A stretch of 29,553 nucleotides of DNA from Macrostomum lignano (Eukaryota): contig NIVC01000783.1 of assembly GCA_002269645.1 (NCBI GenBank), forward strand, positions 1-29,553. Reading direction: 5' to 3'. The notes under the pieces were generated by a model. The model ran no database searches. It saw nothing but the letters and a program-made list of their open reading frames with translations, and had not been told where the DNA came from. A program made the translations under genes and the position numbers. Shown one piece after another: positions 1-11,800 of the stretch (its first letter is position 1; each line of letters opens with the position of its first letter).

Positions 1-425
1 AAAAAAACCTATGGCAGCAAGGGGCGGGGCAAATAAGCCAACCCGAATCATAGCGCCAGACAGACAGACAGACAGAGAAGGATTTCAACACTGACAAGCA
101 GCCCAGACCTGCATGGACGTTTTTGGCCTTACAATCTTTTATCCAGTCTCTCGCTTTCTACCCACTCTACCATTCGATCTTTCTAATTGATCTCCACTAG
201 TTAGACAAACGCCGGAACCAAATTCGTCGCATCGCGACGCGACAAAAAGTGCAAAACGTATCAGCTACAGAGAGGGAAAGAATTGATAACTGGGGATAAG
301 CTGGGGAATGATGGTGCATCCAATTAAACATTATTTTAATAACACACTACTTGTGACTTCATCTAAAGCTTAGCTTTTCAAAGATACCCATAAAAAAGAG
401 CACATGAATTTTTCTGGTTTCCTAG

Positions 426-708
426 AAATGAACCTAGCAATATAGCCATCGCTTCGCCACTGCCTCACCAGCGAATAGAAAATAATGCAATCGCGACAGC
501 GGATGATGCGGCAAACCCGGCGGCGGCGAAGCGGAAAAGGGGGGCGGCGGTGGCGGCGGCGGCAGATTCTGCTGGGAGCGTGACGGTGCCGGCAACGAAT
601 GATGTCGGCCAAAAACGGCACAGAAGGATTAGAACGACAGCGGCAGCCGCCGCAGCTGCAGCGGCTGCAGCAACAGCGGCCGCTGCCGGAGACACGTCGA
701 GGGACTGA
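426..708 (+). CDS. Possible exon of an upstream gene: Ala-rich, basic low-complexity peptide (NEPSNIAIASPLPHQR...AAAKRKRG...QKRHRRIRTTAAAAAAAAAA...GDTSRD*)
   Basis: Pyrimidine-rich acceptor tttcctAG ending at 425; CpG-rich open frame to TGA 706-708; NLS-like KRKR and KRHRR; poly-Ala like other exons here. No family recognised. The antisense frame 465..797 is an alternative. Confidence 0.3.
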
Positions 709-1228
709 CGATGTTGAAGACGAAGAAGAGTTCTGCGGACCGAACAACTTTGTGCCGAACAGCATAACTTTTTGTTGTTTGAATTTAAACAGCGCAAAAG
801 ATGCTAATGCAAAACTTCTCAAGATTTAGAATTCAGCAATTCAGAGATCTTGGGAGACCGGAGCGGTCGGTTTGAGAAAAAAATGAAAGATGCCGCTCGA
901 TCGCGCCGGGGTGGTTGGGAAGATGAGGCGGGGCGGAGCGGGAAGCTGAGGAGGGGGACAGAGAATTGGGGTAGAAATCTTCTGCATCCTGCTCACAGAT
1001 AATCCGCGTCCAATCCAACAGGGCTTCATAATTCGTTCTCTCTCATTTTTCTTTCTCTAACCCTGATCTCAGTGATTTGCTAGCTCAGCACTGAATGATC
1101 ATCATTACAGACCAGCTCTGGCGGCTGGTTCCTCTGTCCTCTCCGAAAAATTGACCAGGTCAGAAAAAAGACTGACAAGTCTCGAATAGACTAACACGGG
1201 TCAGGGTTAGCGTTTAACTATAAATGAC

Positions 1229-1682
1229 GCATGGGGAAATAGCGAAGATATTGAGGCTCATTGGGGGAATTGTTAAGATGTCAAGAATCATGGGGAAATT
1301 CTTAAGAAGTCAAGACTAATGAGGGAATTGCTAAGATGTCAAGGCTCATGGGTAAATTGCTAAAATTTTAAGGCTTAAGGGGGAATTGCTAAAAGTCAAG
1401 GCTCATGGGGGAATTGCTAAGAGGTCAAGGCTTATGGGGGAATTGCTAAGAGGTCAAGGCTTATGGGGGAATTGCTAAGATGTCAAGACTCATGAGGGAA
1501 TTGCTAAGATGGCAAGACTCATGAGGGAATTGCTAAGATGGCAAGACTCATGAGGGAATTGCTAAGATGGCAAGAGACTCATGAGGGAATTGCTAAGATG
1601 GCAAGACTCATGAGGAATTGCTAAGAGGCAAGACTCATACAGGGATTTTTGAAATGCCGCGGCTCATGGGGTTGCTCAGATG
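1229..1682. repeat. Minisatellite, 29-bp unit GGCTCATGGGGGAATTGCTAAGAGGTCAA
   Basis: About 15 tandem copies with degenerate edges. Confidence 0.95.
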
Positions 1683-3564
1683 CTTGGAGCCAAAGCTCAT
1701 AGCAGGTAATGATATCTTAGGCTAGATAGCTAGCTGTCAGGGCAGCTGCTTTTTGCTTTAAACATCAGTTTCCTTAATAAAAAATCTAGCAAAACTAGCA
1801 AGATTAAAAACTACATATATGAAGAGTGTCCCAAAAGTTCCCAGAATGTTTGTTCTAGCTCCTCCATATTTTGACCCATTTTTATGCATTTTTGTGTCAA
1901 ACTAAAGATAATTGTTCAACAAGAAAATGTCATATGAATTTCTTTTCCATCTGGTTTCAGACTTTCAGTTAAGAGCTACACTAGAAAATGTGAAGGAAAG
2001 TCAGCACTAGTGTTACACAACCTTGAATCCCCACCTCATTTAGAATGAGCTGCTTCTTTATGGCATAGCAACTGTTTCCAATCCAAAAACTACTTAAAAA
2101 TGAATTGCCATCATTTGTGCAAAAACAAACAGATCAATCTATCCAAATAACCAATTTCCCAGTCATTGTGCTACATAAAACTCAAGCTACCCAACTAGTC
2201 ACTTTCAGATTCAAAGGTCAAGATTGTTGGCTAACTTCCCAAAAAAATTAAGAAGCACTGAAAAAAAGAAATTTTTGTAGTTTGCCTTTTGTATTTATAC
2301 TGCTTAAAGGTAGCTCAAACTTGGAACTTCAAAATTCAATTTAAAACATCTTCATTTCTGTAAAATTGTAGCATTGAAAATCTTGTATAAACAGAAATTA
2401 GAGAACACTGATTGGAAAAACTAGGAAACAAGGGGTCAGCTGATGACCTTTTCTACCTAAGGAAATTAAGGGGTTAAGACACCAAAAAATTGAATTAACA
2501 ACTTCAACTAGTTAGCATTTTAAAGCAACAAATGAAAATTAAGTTACTTTTCAGACACTTTTATTTCTACTTTAAGTAGTCATTAAAGCACAGTATAAAA
2601 TATCAACAATAGATATATACATAAAATATCCTATAGCAAAGTTGAATTATTTCTCATGATTCTTTGAAATTAGAAAAAAAGAATAAACTTTTGATTCAGT
2701 TTGGCACTTGACTAGTGCAAAATAATAGCTCATAAGCACTTTTTTGCTCAGATTTTTAGTCATTTGTCACTATAGACCTAGGGCACAAAGTTTATAATAT
2801 TCTCTTTAACTATATTTGCTTAGACTTATTAGCTTTTATATATGCAGTATAAATTGTTTAATAGCTATAATTTGAAGTTAACAATTTATTTATTTATTTA
2901 TGACCTCATTTTAATATCTGGACTTTTTGTTTATGATTCAAGTCAATATATTGGTTACAATGTATAATTTTATTTTCTGTTAATATGATGTAATAAAGCA
3001 TATTAGTTTATAGTTTTCTTTAATATTTTATAGTCAAAATAGGAATAAATAGTTATTAAACAATAATAGGCTAACTAGATTTGTAACTTTTAACTCAAAG
3101 CTATTTTGAAATAATAAAAGAAATAAACAAACAAAATAAACTAAGACAAAAGTAACTACTTACAAAGTGAATACAAAAAGCACAAAAAATTAATACAAGA
3201 AAATTGTTTTCTAACTAAAGAAAAATGTTAAAACAAATGAAGCCAGCAAATATAGCATATGAATAAAAATAACTAATCCAATAATCAACAAACAAAGAAA
3301 GAGAAAATATATATTGAGAAAAGTTACACTACTTATTATAATACATTTTGTAATACAAAGCATAGCACAAAGTTTATCAAAAAGATCTAGGTAACAAATT
3401 AACAATTAAATAAAAAAAATAAGTTAATAAATTTTATTTGATGATATAAATTATATATATTGATAATATTCCAAAGGTTGGTTTTGCATTTTAATCAAAA
3501 TTTGGTTGCATAAACAAAGCAATTTTAGAAACTGGGTTACAAAAAATAATAACTAATTGATTAT

Positions 3565-4160
3565 ACTTGCTCAAATTGGGCCAGATGTGCAACAAACAGC
3601 TTAGTTGCAGCTATTGTATGGTATATCTGAAGGCTGCATATAGCTGTTTACTCTAAGGACTAGGGGGTTGCCATACACACCCTCAGTTATCCTAGCTAAT
3701 GCTGGCACCCATTTTACAGCTGGGTGAACTGTACAATGCAGTGCAGAACAATGCAGAGTTAAGTCAAGTGTCTTCCTTAAGAACATAAATTGTTCCAATA
3801 GAATTGGGAATCAAACCCCTAACATACATGCGCAACAGTTGGCCAAGTTGGCTGACCAATTTGGCGGCCAACCAAGGAAGTCGCAAAAATGCCCACCCAA
3901 AAAAATAGCCAAGTAGTAGTACTAAGTAGCTGATGAGGCATTTTGGCTTAATAAGACAGTCATAGTTACTCCTGCTGTTTACCCAAAGTTGCGTTAATTT
4001 TGCTTTAGGGTTTTTTACATGTAAGTCACATTTTTGGCCAAAAACTACATCACATTTTTGTTAAAACTAAGTCGCATGGCCAACCGAATTTCGGAGGTTG
4101 GGCATGTATGACCCCTAACCTTCAAGTTGTAACTCCAATGCTCTAACTTAAGTTGTAGAT
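3565..4160 (-). mobile_element. tRNA-derived SINE, heavily mutated copy, split by a MITE
   Basis: Reverse complement aligns with the SINE at 14150-14395 (cagttcacccagctgt.aaatgggtgcc, cagcattagct, gtcctt, gcacatctg). The A-box part lies at about 4119-4160, beyond the MITE. Confidence 0.85.
3823..4110. mobile_element. Non-autonomous hAT-like MITE, 288 bp
   Basis: 14-bp TIRs CATACATGCGCAAC / GTTGGGCATGTATG (1 mismatch); exact 8-bp TSD ACCCCTAA at 3815-3822 and 4111-4118. An 8-bp TSD is typical of hAT. Confidence 0.9.
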
Positions 4161-5604
4161 AATTGTAGACATAGATAAGTTGTAGAAATAAACTAAAAAT
4201 TAATTATTAAGTTTTAAAAGAAAAAAGTCTAATAGACTATAGTTATTTTAAGTATAGGTATTAATATCATCAGATGTACTAAAAATGAAAACTTATAATA
4301 CAAACAGCTAAATTAAATAGAGTATTTACAATTTAAGAGAATTCCATAATCTAGAAGGAATGTGTAAATAAGTTATAAAATCCCTTTTATTAAAAAAGAA
4401 AAAGTTTAACTAAAAAATCTAATAAACATTTATATTTTTTCTTTAATAGACAAGATAGCCTTTTTATAGATGCTATCTACTAGTTTATAGATTGTGGTTC
4501 CATGGTCTAGGAATATCAATATGGAAAGAAAAATAACATGTTTATTATCTGGTGCACTTTACAAAGGTATTGGTAAAATGTGGTATATTTAAAGTATATA
4601 AAAGGTGACCAGCATGCAATTTTATGCATCTGCAGGTTTTTAAAAGCTTTTAAAGGTTTTTGAATAGTATTTCAACAAGGATCTTATCTAGAGATATTTT
4701 ATTTTTAGGTTGTATGTTTTATTTCTACTATGTCTATTAGTAGACATAGTCCAAACTGAAAAGTTGAAAAATCTTAAAAAGATGCAAAAAAATAGGTAGT
4801 GCTTATTCCCACAGTACTGTAGAAAAAATCTTATTACTATGCTATGGGATTATGCAAATAATTTTCTGCTTAACTGCATGATATAACACAAGCAAGATAG
4901 CTATCCTATTGATATATATATATCATAGGGATAACTTTCATCTTATCTATATAGCACATTGACAAGTTAGCTGCTTTATCTTATATATACATTTACTTAA
5001 AAAGTTATTTTTACATTTATAAAACAAATATTTTTAAAGCAAAGTCATATTGTTATACTGCAAATAAACCATAAGTAACAAACTAATGATTCCTTGTTAT
5101 ATCTATAAAAACAGGAATATAAGACTATTTTGTCATAGTAGCATATGAATAGGATGTTAATTATTCCTTATAGCTATAGTATCTATAGAAAAATAAGACA
5201 ACTATCTTGTTAGTATGCTATGCAGATAAGATTGAGGCAATGGCTAGAGTTTCAGCATTGGAACCAGTTTTCTAAGAGCTATGGATCTAGCAATGCAATT
5301 ATAATATATATGGAACATTATTATACTTTTCCTTTTATAAGTTGCTAATATTGAGATTTTGATCTAGATAAGATTCAAAATGATATGATAAGATTCAAAA
5401 CACAATGCTTTAAATATTCAGACTTCTTATTCCTACATACTAATTATACTATACTGAACAAAATTTTAACTTAATATAATGAATGATTTACATTAGTATT
5501 TTTAAAAAGAAATATAAAAATGTATATTTGTCACTTGTATTAAAAATATAATTATACAAGCAAATATAATAACTATAATCTCTGTACATTTTAAACACTG
5601 ACAT

Positions 5605-5987
5605 TAGAGGTCAGACAGGATCCCAATCCCGATCCCAAGGAAAATTATATTCCTGCGGGACCAGGATCCCAACCCTAAAAAACACAAGAATTGGGAACAG
5701 GTCTTTTGATTAAAAGTTTATAGAATTAGTGATTACTTAAATGTATTTTGTTTTAACTTGTATCTATTACATCATTACTTTGTTTGTTACAAAACTTTGT
5801 ATCAATTTTGTTGTGTTTTACTTTTGATCTTGACATTTTTTGCTCAAATTTGTTTAACTTTATATGGACCTACAAACTACAATACACTAAAAGACCTAAT
5901 CTTGATTCCCAAATCCTGATCCTGATCTGATCCCAAAAAATTATTCTCAATCCCAATCCCACGCGAAGATTTCAATCCCATTGGACT
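5605..5987. mobile_element. Degenerate MITE-like element with GATCCC subrepeats at both ends
   Basis: Starts TAGAGGTCAGACAGGATCCC; clusters of (g/a)atccc at 5615-5675 and 5900-5985; right end poorly preserved; no TSD seen. Confidence 0.4.
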
Positions 5988-6001
5988 CATACATGCCTAA
6001 C
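5988..6001 (+). mobile_element. Left TIR of the same hAT-like family as 3823-4110
   Basis: CATACATGCCTAAC, followed by the family motifs GTAAGTCACA (6051) and TAAGTCGCA (6217). No partner end with a matching TSD found. Confidence 0.6.
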
Positions 6002-6067
6002 ACCCGTCCGACCCGTCCGAACCAGACGGGTGAAATGGCCGCTGGCCAAGGTAAGTCACAAAATCGA

Positions 6068-6200
6068 AAAATTGGGGAAAGAAAGAAAGGAGAGAAAGAG
6101 AAAAAGAAAAAAAGGAGAGAGAAGAGAAAGAGAGAGAAAAGAGGAGAGAAAAGAGGAGAGAGAAAGAAAAAGCAAAAAAGAGAAAAAGGCAAGAAAAGTC
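6068..6200. repeat. Purine-rich (A/G) low-complexity tract
   Basis: Almost exclusively A and G. Confidence 0.9.
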
Positions 6201-6216
6201 ATATACAATTGAAAAT

Positions 6217-6670
6217 TAAGTCGCAATCGAGAGGAACTAAGTCGCAATTGAGAGGAACTAAGTCGCAATCAAGAGGAACTAAGTCGCAATTGAGAGGAAC
6301 TAAGTCGCAATCGAGAGGAACTAAGTCGCAATCAGGAGGAACTAAGTCGCAATCAGTCAGGAGGAACGAAGTCGCAATCGAGAGGAACTAAGTCGCAATC
6401 GAGAGGAACTTGAAGTCGCAATCGAGAGGAACTAAGTCGCAATCGAGAGGAACTAAGTCGCAATTGAGAGGAAATAAGTCGCAATCGAGAGGAACTAAGT
6501 CACAATCGAGAGGAACTAAGTCGCAATCAGGAGGAACTAAGTCGCAATCGAGAGGAACTAAGTCGCAATCAAGAGGAACTAAGTCGCAATCAAGAGGAAC
6601 TAAGTTGCAATCGAGAGGAACTAAGTCGCAATCAGGAGGAACTAAGTCGTAATCGGGAGGAACTAAGTTG
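6217..6670. repeat. Minisatellite, 21-bp unit AAGTCGCAATCGAGAGGAACT
   Basis: About 21 tandem copies; explains the RGTKSQS pseudo-ORFs. Confidence 0.97.
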
Positions 6671-6789
6671 TCTTGAATTCCATATTCTTAAACATCTCCA
6701 AATCCTTTGCAAAGCCTTTTAAATACCATATCTTGTTTTGCCCGTTTGCAAAAACTGACTTCCATTGTCTAGACTCAGACTCTCATGTC

Positions 6790-7460
6790 TCCTCTCTGCA
6801 TTCTTGCCATTACTCTCTTCTCCCTCCTCCTCTCTACCTCTTTATTTATCTCTTCTCCCTCGTGTTTGCTCTGTACCCTCTCCTGTGTCCTCTCTTCTCT
6901 CTTATCTCTCCCCTCTTCTCTCCTCTCATATCTCATCTCTACTCATTTATCTATGTCTCTCCTATACTCTCTCTCTTCTCTTTTCTCTCTCCTCGCTGCT
7001 CTCGTTTATCTTATTTTCTATACCCTCTCCTTTCTTATCTCCTATCTTTTTTGCTTCCTTTCTACCATCTTTATCCTATCTTCTCTCTTCTTTTCTCTAA
7101 TATCTAATCTCTTCTCTTTCTTATTTTTGCACATATCTCTTTTCTCATTGCATCTCACATCTCTAATCTCTGTACTCTTACCTTTACCCTCTTCTTTCTC
7201 TCTTAACTCTCTCATCTCTGACCTTTCATCTCTTTCCTCTCTCCTCTCTTTTATTTCAGCTGTACTCATACACTCTCATCTCTCTTGTCTCCTGTCTGCT
7301 ATCTCATCTCTCTCCACTCCCATCTCATTTCTCCTCTTCTCTTCGATTCTTCTCTCTCCCTCTTCATTCCTGCCTTACTCCCCTCTTCTCTCCCATCTGT
7401 CCTCCCTCATATCTACTCTCTTTTCTATTCTTTAACTTTTCTCTATACCCTCTTCTCTGA
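6790..7460. repeat. CT-rich low-complexity tract
   Basis: Degenerate (TC)n; explains the Leu/Ser-rich spurious ORFs. Confidence 0.9.
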
Positions 7461-7461
7461 C

Positions 7462-8094
7462 TCATTTATGTGCCAAATCCATCGAAATCCTCTCCATAAA
7501 ACTGAAATTTATCAAAAACTCTCCATGAGACTGAACTTCATCAAAATTCCCTTTTGATAAACTACAAAAATATCTTTCTCTTGGAGGACTCTCACTTCTT
7601 TGGCCATCAGTCTTAGTCTCCGAATCTGAGTCCAAATGAATGGCTGTGTTATAGTTGGATCCATGCTTCAGTACTAGCATCAGTTGATGGTCAAGATTCT
7701 ATAGCAATAGATTCAGCATGAGCAGTGCGCCATTGTACAAATCCTGTCTCAAGACTTCTAGTTTCTTCTTTATTTCAAAAACAGCTTCTCCTTTAGCTGA
7801 CATTACTGGAGAAGAGCTATATGTGTGGGTTGTTGCATCTGTACCATGAATCTAATTTTTTGCATTCTGCATAGATAGATCTATATTAGAAGCAACAAGC
7901 TCTGGATTTTGCACTGCCATTAACAGTCCCTCTCTGTGTGAGCTTGCTGAGCATTGGAATGGTTGTGCTTCTAGTTCCCTTGAATATGCTGCAGCTGCAC
8001 CATCACCTAATCCCTGGGCTGCGCTTAAGATTGCTGGTAAATTTTCTTCTAATATCCAATGCATACTAGAACAATAATTAACTTCTCCAGTGAG
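7462..8094 (-). pseudogene. Decayed coding sequence of unknown family
   Basis: ORFs 7852..8064 and 7462..7680 share one frame. The frame runs about 210 codons and is broken only by TAG at 7852-7854 and 7699-7701 (MHWILEENLPAILSAAQG...KN*IHG...EIKKKLEVLRQDLYNGALLMLNLLL*NLDHQLMLVLKHG). Confidence 0.45.
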
Positions 8095-8434
8095 TTACAC
8101 AACCAAGTTTCCATTGTGTAAAGAGCAATGGCTTTCGCTCTTCAGCTGCAGAAAGGGGGAGCTGGTTTATGGAATAGTCTTCATGGCCTTTTTCATCCCA
8201 CTCACGTGCAGGATTCAGTATATAATCAGGTGCAGGTCTATCTTTAAGTGAAGTATATAATACTCAATGAATGACATGAGTGCACGAGTACAAATTTGCA
8301 CAAGTATAAATACAAAGTGCATAAGTATATATATATACAAGTTAGTTTGCCAGACATATACAGTAATAGTACAGTATGTAGAGTGTAGCTTACAGGGTAT
8401 AGGCTACAGTTCAGTTTAGTACTGCAGTCTGCAA

Positions 8435-8833
8435 CATACATGTGCAACCTTGGGGAATCACCCAGCAATTTCTATTGGCAACACACATATAAGTCACTAT
8501 TGGACAGAATAGTAGTCACATGACTGCTCTCAGCCAATAGCGATTTACATATATGTGTTGCCAATAGAAACAGCCAGGTGAATCCCAAGGTTGCGCCCAA
8601 GCATGGTCTGCAATGCTGCATAAGTGAATAAGTGAACAATAAATCAATCGAGAAAAAGTGAGGGCAGGAGAAAGGGAAGAGAAATAAGGTACTTAATTTT
8701 TCAGTAAGCACAAGCATGCAAAGTGTGCTACCCCCCCCTGGTCCTTTAGTATGGTGGTACATAGGTAAGTAGCAAATCTTAGACAAAACTAAGTTGCACT
8801 GGACAGGTGAAATTTTGAGGTTGGGCATATATG
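8435..8833. mobile_element. Older copy of the hAT-like MITE family, with an internal palindrome
   Basis: TIR-like CATACATGTGCAAC (8435) and GTTGGGCATATATG (8820-8833); subterminal AACTAAGTTGCA at 8787. No intact TSD. Confidence 0.6.
8442..8596. repeat. Imperfect palindrome, arms about 75 bp, essentially no loop
   Basis: The left arm from gcaaccttgggg pairs with the right arm to cccaaggttgc; shared core tttctattggcaacaca; centre agtcacatgact. Confidence 0.9.
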
Positions 8834-11800
8834 AACCCAATAATGTTATGCATCTTAGTAAGGCGCACCTATAACCCTCGAACATTTTTAGCTTGAGTTT
8901 GAATGTGCATGAGGAAATGCACTTTTGTAAAGACAATCTTAAGACAAACATTTCAACTAAAGCCTGTTCCTTTTTTCTGCAGTGAATCCATACAAACTAT
9001 ACTCATTAAATAGATTAGATTCTTCTCTTTAAAATGACACATCACTTGTGCAATTTGCTATTGTAGTTTTGAAGTTACAGCAGTTTTTGTGAGATTTTTT
9101 TTGTCAATTTTTCAATGCACATGTCTCATATTATTATATTTGTCATAAGCCAGACCACCTAATGCACCTTGCACATTGGCTGGCTGTTTGTTCCTCATGC
9201 TCGGCGCTTTGTGCCTCGTGCGTTTGCTCCGCTCACCCCACGGGTTTCATGGAGCTCACTGGGGAACTAGACCTTAATAACTTCTAATATAATATTAATA
9301 TTTAAATGTTTTTGATAGTCTAAAATATTATTAATTTTTTTTAAATGCAAACAAACAAAATTTCTGTATAATGAAATGTATATAAGGTGGCTTTGGCCCT
9401 ATTTGGGAATTTTTAATAGAAAGTAATGATAAATGAGTATGGGCAATGGATAAATAATCAGCAGTCCCAGTGCATGACAATGATTGTCTGGCAAGTGCCA
9501 AGCGCCAGTAACTTTTTTTGGTCAATAAAGGTCAAACAAGTAATTATATCAACTTAGGTCAAAAAATATTTTCTTTCTTAAAGTAAGTTTTTAGACTCTT
9601 TTAAACATAGCCTAGTTAGTAGGCTAGTCTGCACAGTATACTTTATAATAAAATAAGTTCAAAATTATTAATTAGGCCTATTATCACATTATTATTTAAA
9701 AATTATAATATTATTTATGTAAAAATTTTTAACCACTATTATTTATTAAGCACAAGCAGACAAAAATTGCACAGAAGGGATGCATAGGAAAACTACTATT
9801 GCACTAGGCCTATGCAATCTGCTTTGCATAATTACAGTCCCTTTAGGTAGGCTTAGGGCCTAGCTAGTTAGCTATTAGCTTAGCAGCTAGGCGGCTAGGC
9901 CCTAGAACAAATGCTAACAAACCTGCTGGAAAATGCAGACCCTATTATTAACTGCTCTATTCAAAACTCTTAGCGGGATCCACTAATGGCTGGGCTAAAT
10001 GCCCACAGGCAAGGAGCCTAGCTCAAGATTCCCTCAGCGCTCGGCCACGTTAGGTAGGCCTAGGTAGTGCATGGGCCACGCACATGGGGGTAAAAACCGT
10101 TTAATTTGATTTCTAAGAATCAAAATCAAAAACAATATACAATATACAAACTTAATATTTTTACCGTTATTTTATTGTGATTAAGTTATCCTCATTTAAA
10201 CAGGAATTTTTTTGGCTTTCATCGTGTTAATAAAGCAAAAAAACTAAGAATCAATATTTGTTTAAACTTACAAAAAAGTCTTATTGACTTAAGTTATCTT
10301 TACAATAAACGCAAAACTGCATTACTTTTTTTATTTACTTAACTAAAACTCAAAAAACATAACCAATATTTTGAGCACACAAAGAATCTTTGTTTTACTT
10401 GATGTACAACATTGTTTTAAAATTGTGCTTTCGCGCAGATTTTTTGCAATATATTAATAACGCGCCGTCTTCTGTGCTCCGGTTCCAGCTGCAGTCCCAG
10501 TCGCGGCGTCAGTCGTTGATTTCGGTACGATGATCAGGCTTATTATCTTAGACTAGACTTAATGGAGATCTTTTGTATTTCGATACTTTGTCTTTAAATA
10601 TCCTTTGAAAAATTAAGTACGCATGTACAGTACTACAGTGTGTCATACATCATAGATTAATAAGCCAAAAATTTCCCACTGTCATATATGCTGGGATGTA
10701 GGCCTATACTAATATACGATAAAAAATGGCAAGTACCCTTATTTTATGTTGGGAAATCCCGGCATACATGTCGCCTTCCAAACTATGTATGACCTAATAG
10801 TCGATGCTCTGAGGTTTTTTTGTGTATAGGCCCAAAGTATGCATCTTGATTTTTGAAATTGCATCTTGAAATTGAAAAATTGCTACAATTTAGATGCAGT
10901 CTTACAATCTATTGTCCTTTTAAACCTCATTTGAACTGCCTTAAAATAAGAACTAGAAAACAAGACCATTTTAGACAAAAGAAATTTTAAGCTTTCTATC
11001 TAGGTTTTTAAGGCTCATAATAAAGCATCGAAACCAATCTATGCGTGTATCAATTTTCCACTGTAAATAGGCCTAGTATTGCCAAAAATGCAGAACAATC
11101 AACTAAATTATTTTCCAAAAGGGATCTATTACCCAATTTAAAAGAGGTCATTTATTGTTACAATATAAAAAGGTCATTTATTATTGTCACAACACCAGCA
11201 TAGGCCTAGCTTCAAGAATAGGCATGCATTCAATTTTTTAGCATGCATTTGTAATTAGGCTATTCAATTTTTTCAGCATGCACCTAGCATGATCTGGACT
11301 ATGGCCTAGGCCTAGTTCTAAATGCTATGCCACACTTTAGATCATATAGTAAATGCCTAAAAATTTGGGTGTGAATTGGCCATATATGCCAAAAGTAGGC
11401 ATGCACAATTGGCATGCATCACTCTTAAGAAAAAATTGTGCATGCACACCTGGCATGTACTTTACAGAATCATGCATAAAAGTTATTATGAAGTAGAAAA
11501 AGATAAAAAAAGTTCATTTCTAAGCATAATTGCATAGAAATAAACTTTTTAAGCTTTCTGGGTTTTTTAAGCCTATAATAAAGCATTTAAACAAATCTTT
11601 GCATGCATCTATATTCTTTTTTAGCATGCATTTGTAACTATTTAATTTTTGTTTAGGTATGTACCAATCATGATCTAGACTATATATGCTATGGAATATT
11701 GATGCCCTACTATATACTAGACCACTTAGCTGCAAGGTGGTCCGTAGACACAACAGGGAGGCAAGGGTTGCCCATTCCACTTACTAGACCACTAGCTAAC

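Noticed and set aside
599-1158. Possible EEP/endonuclease-like start (ITFCCLNLNS) in frame 2 with several stops
   Set aside because: Five stops in about 186 codons and no catalytic motifs; not clearly better than chance.
1820-1930. Tc1/mariner-like end (gagtgtcccaaaag)
   Set aside because: No matching opposite TIR or TA TSD found.
5947-7557. K/R/E-rich, RGTKSQS and L/S-rich ORFs
   Set aside because: Products of purine tracts, CT tracts and the 21-bp array.
9195-9275. GC-rich motif gctcggcgctttgtgcctcg resembling Helitron/HINE-type ends
   Set aside because: Single short match; no other diagnostic structure.
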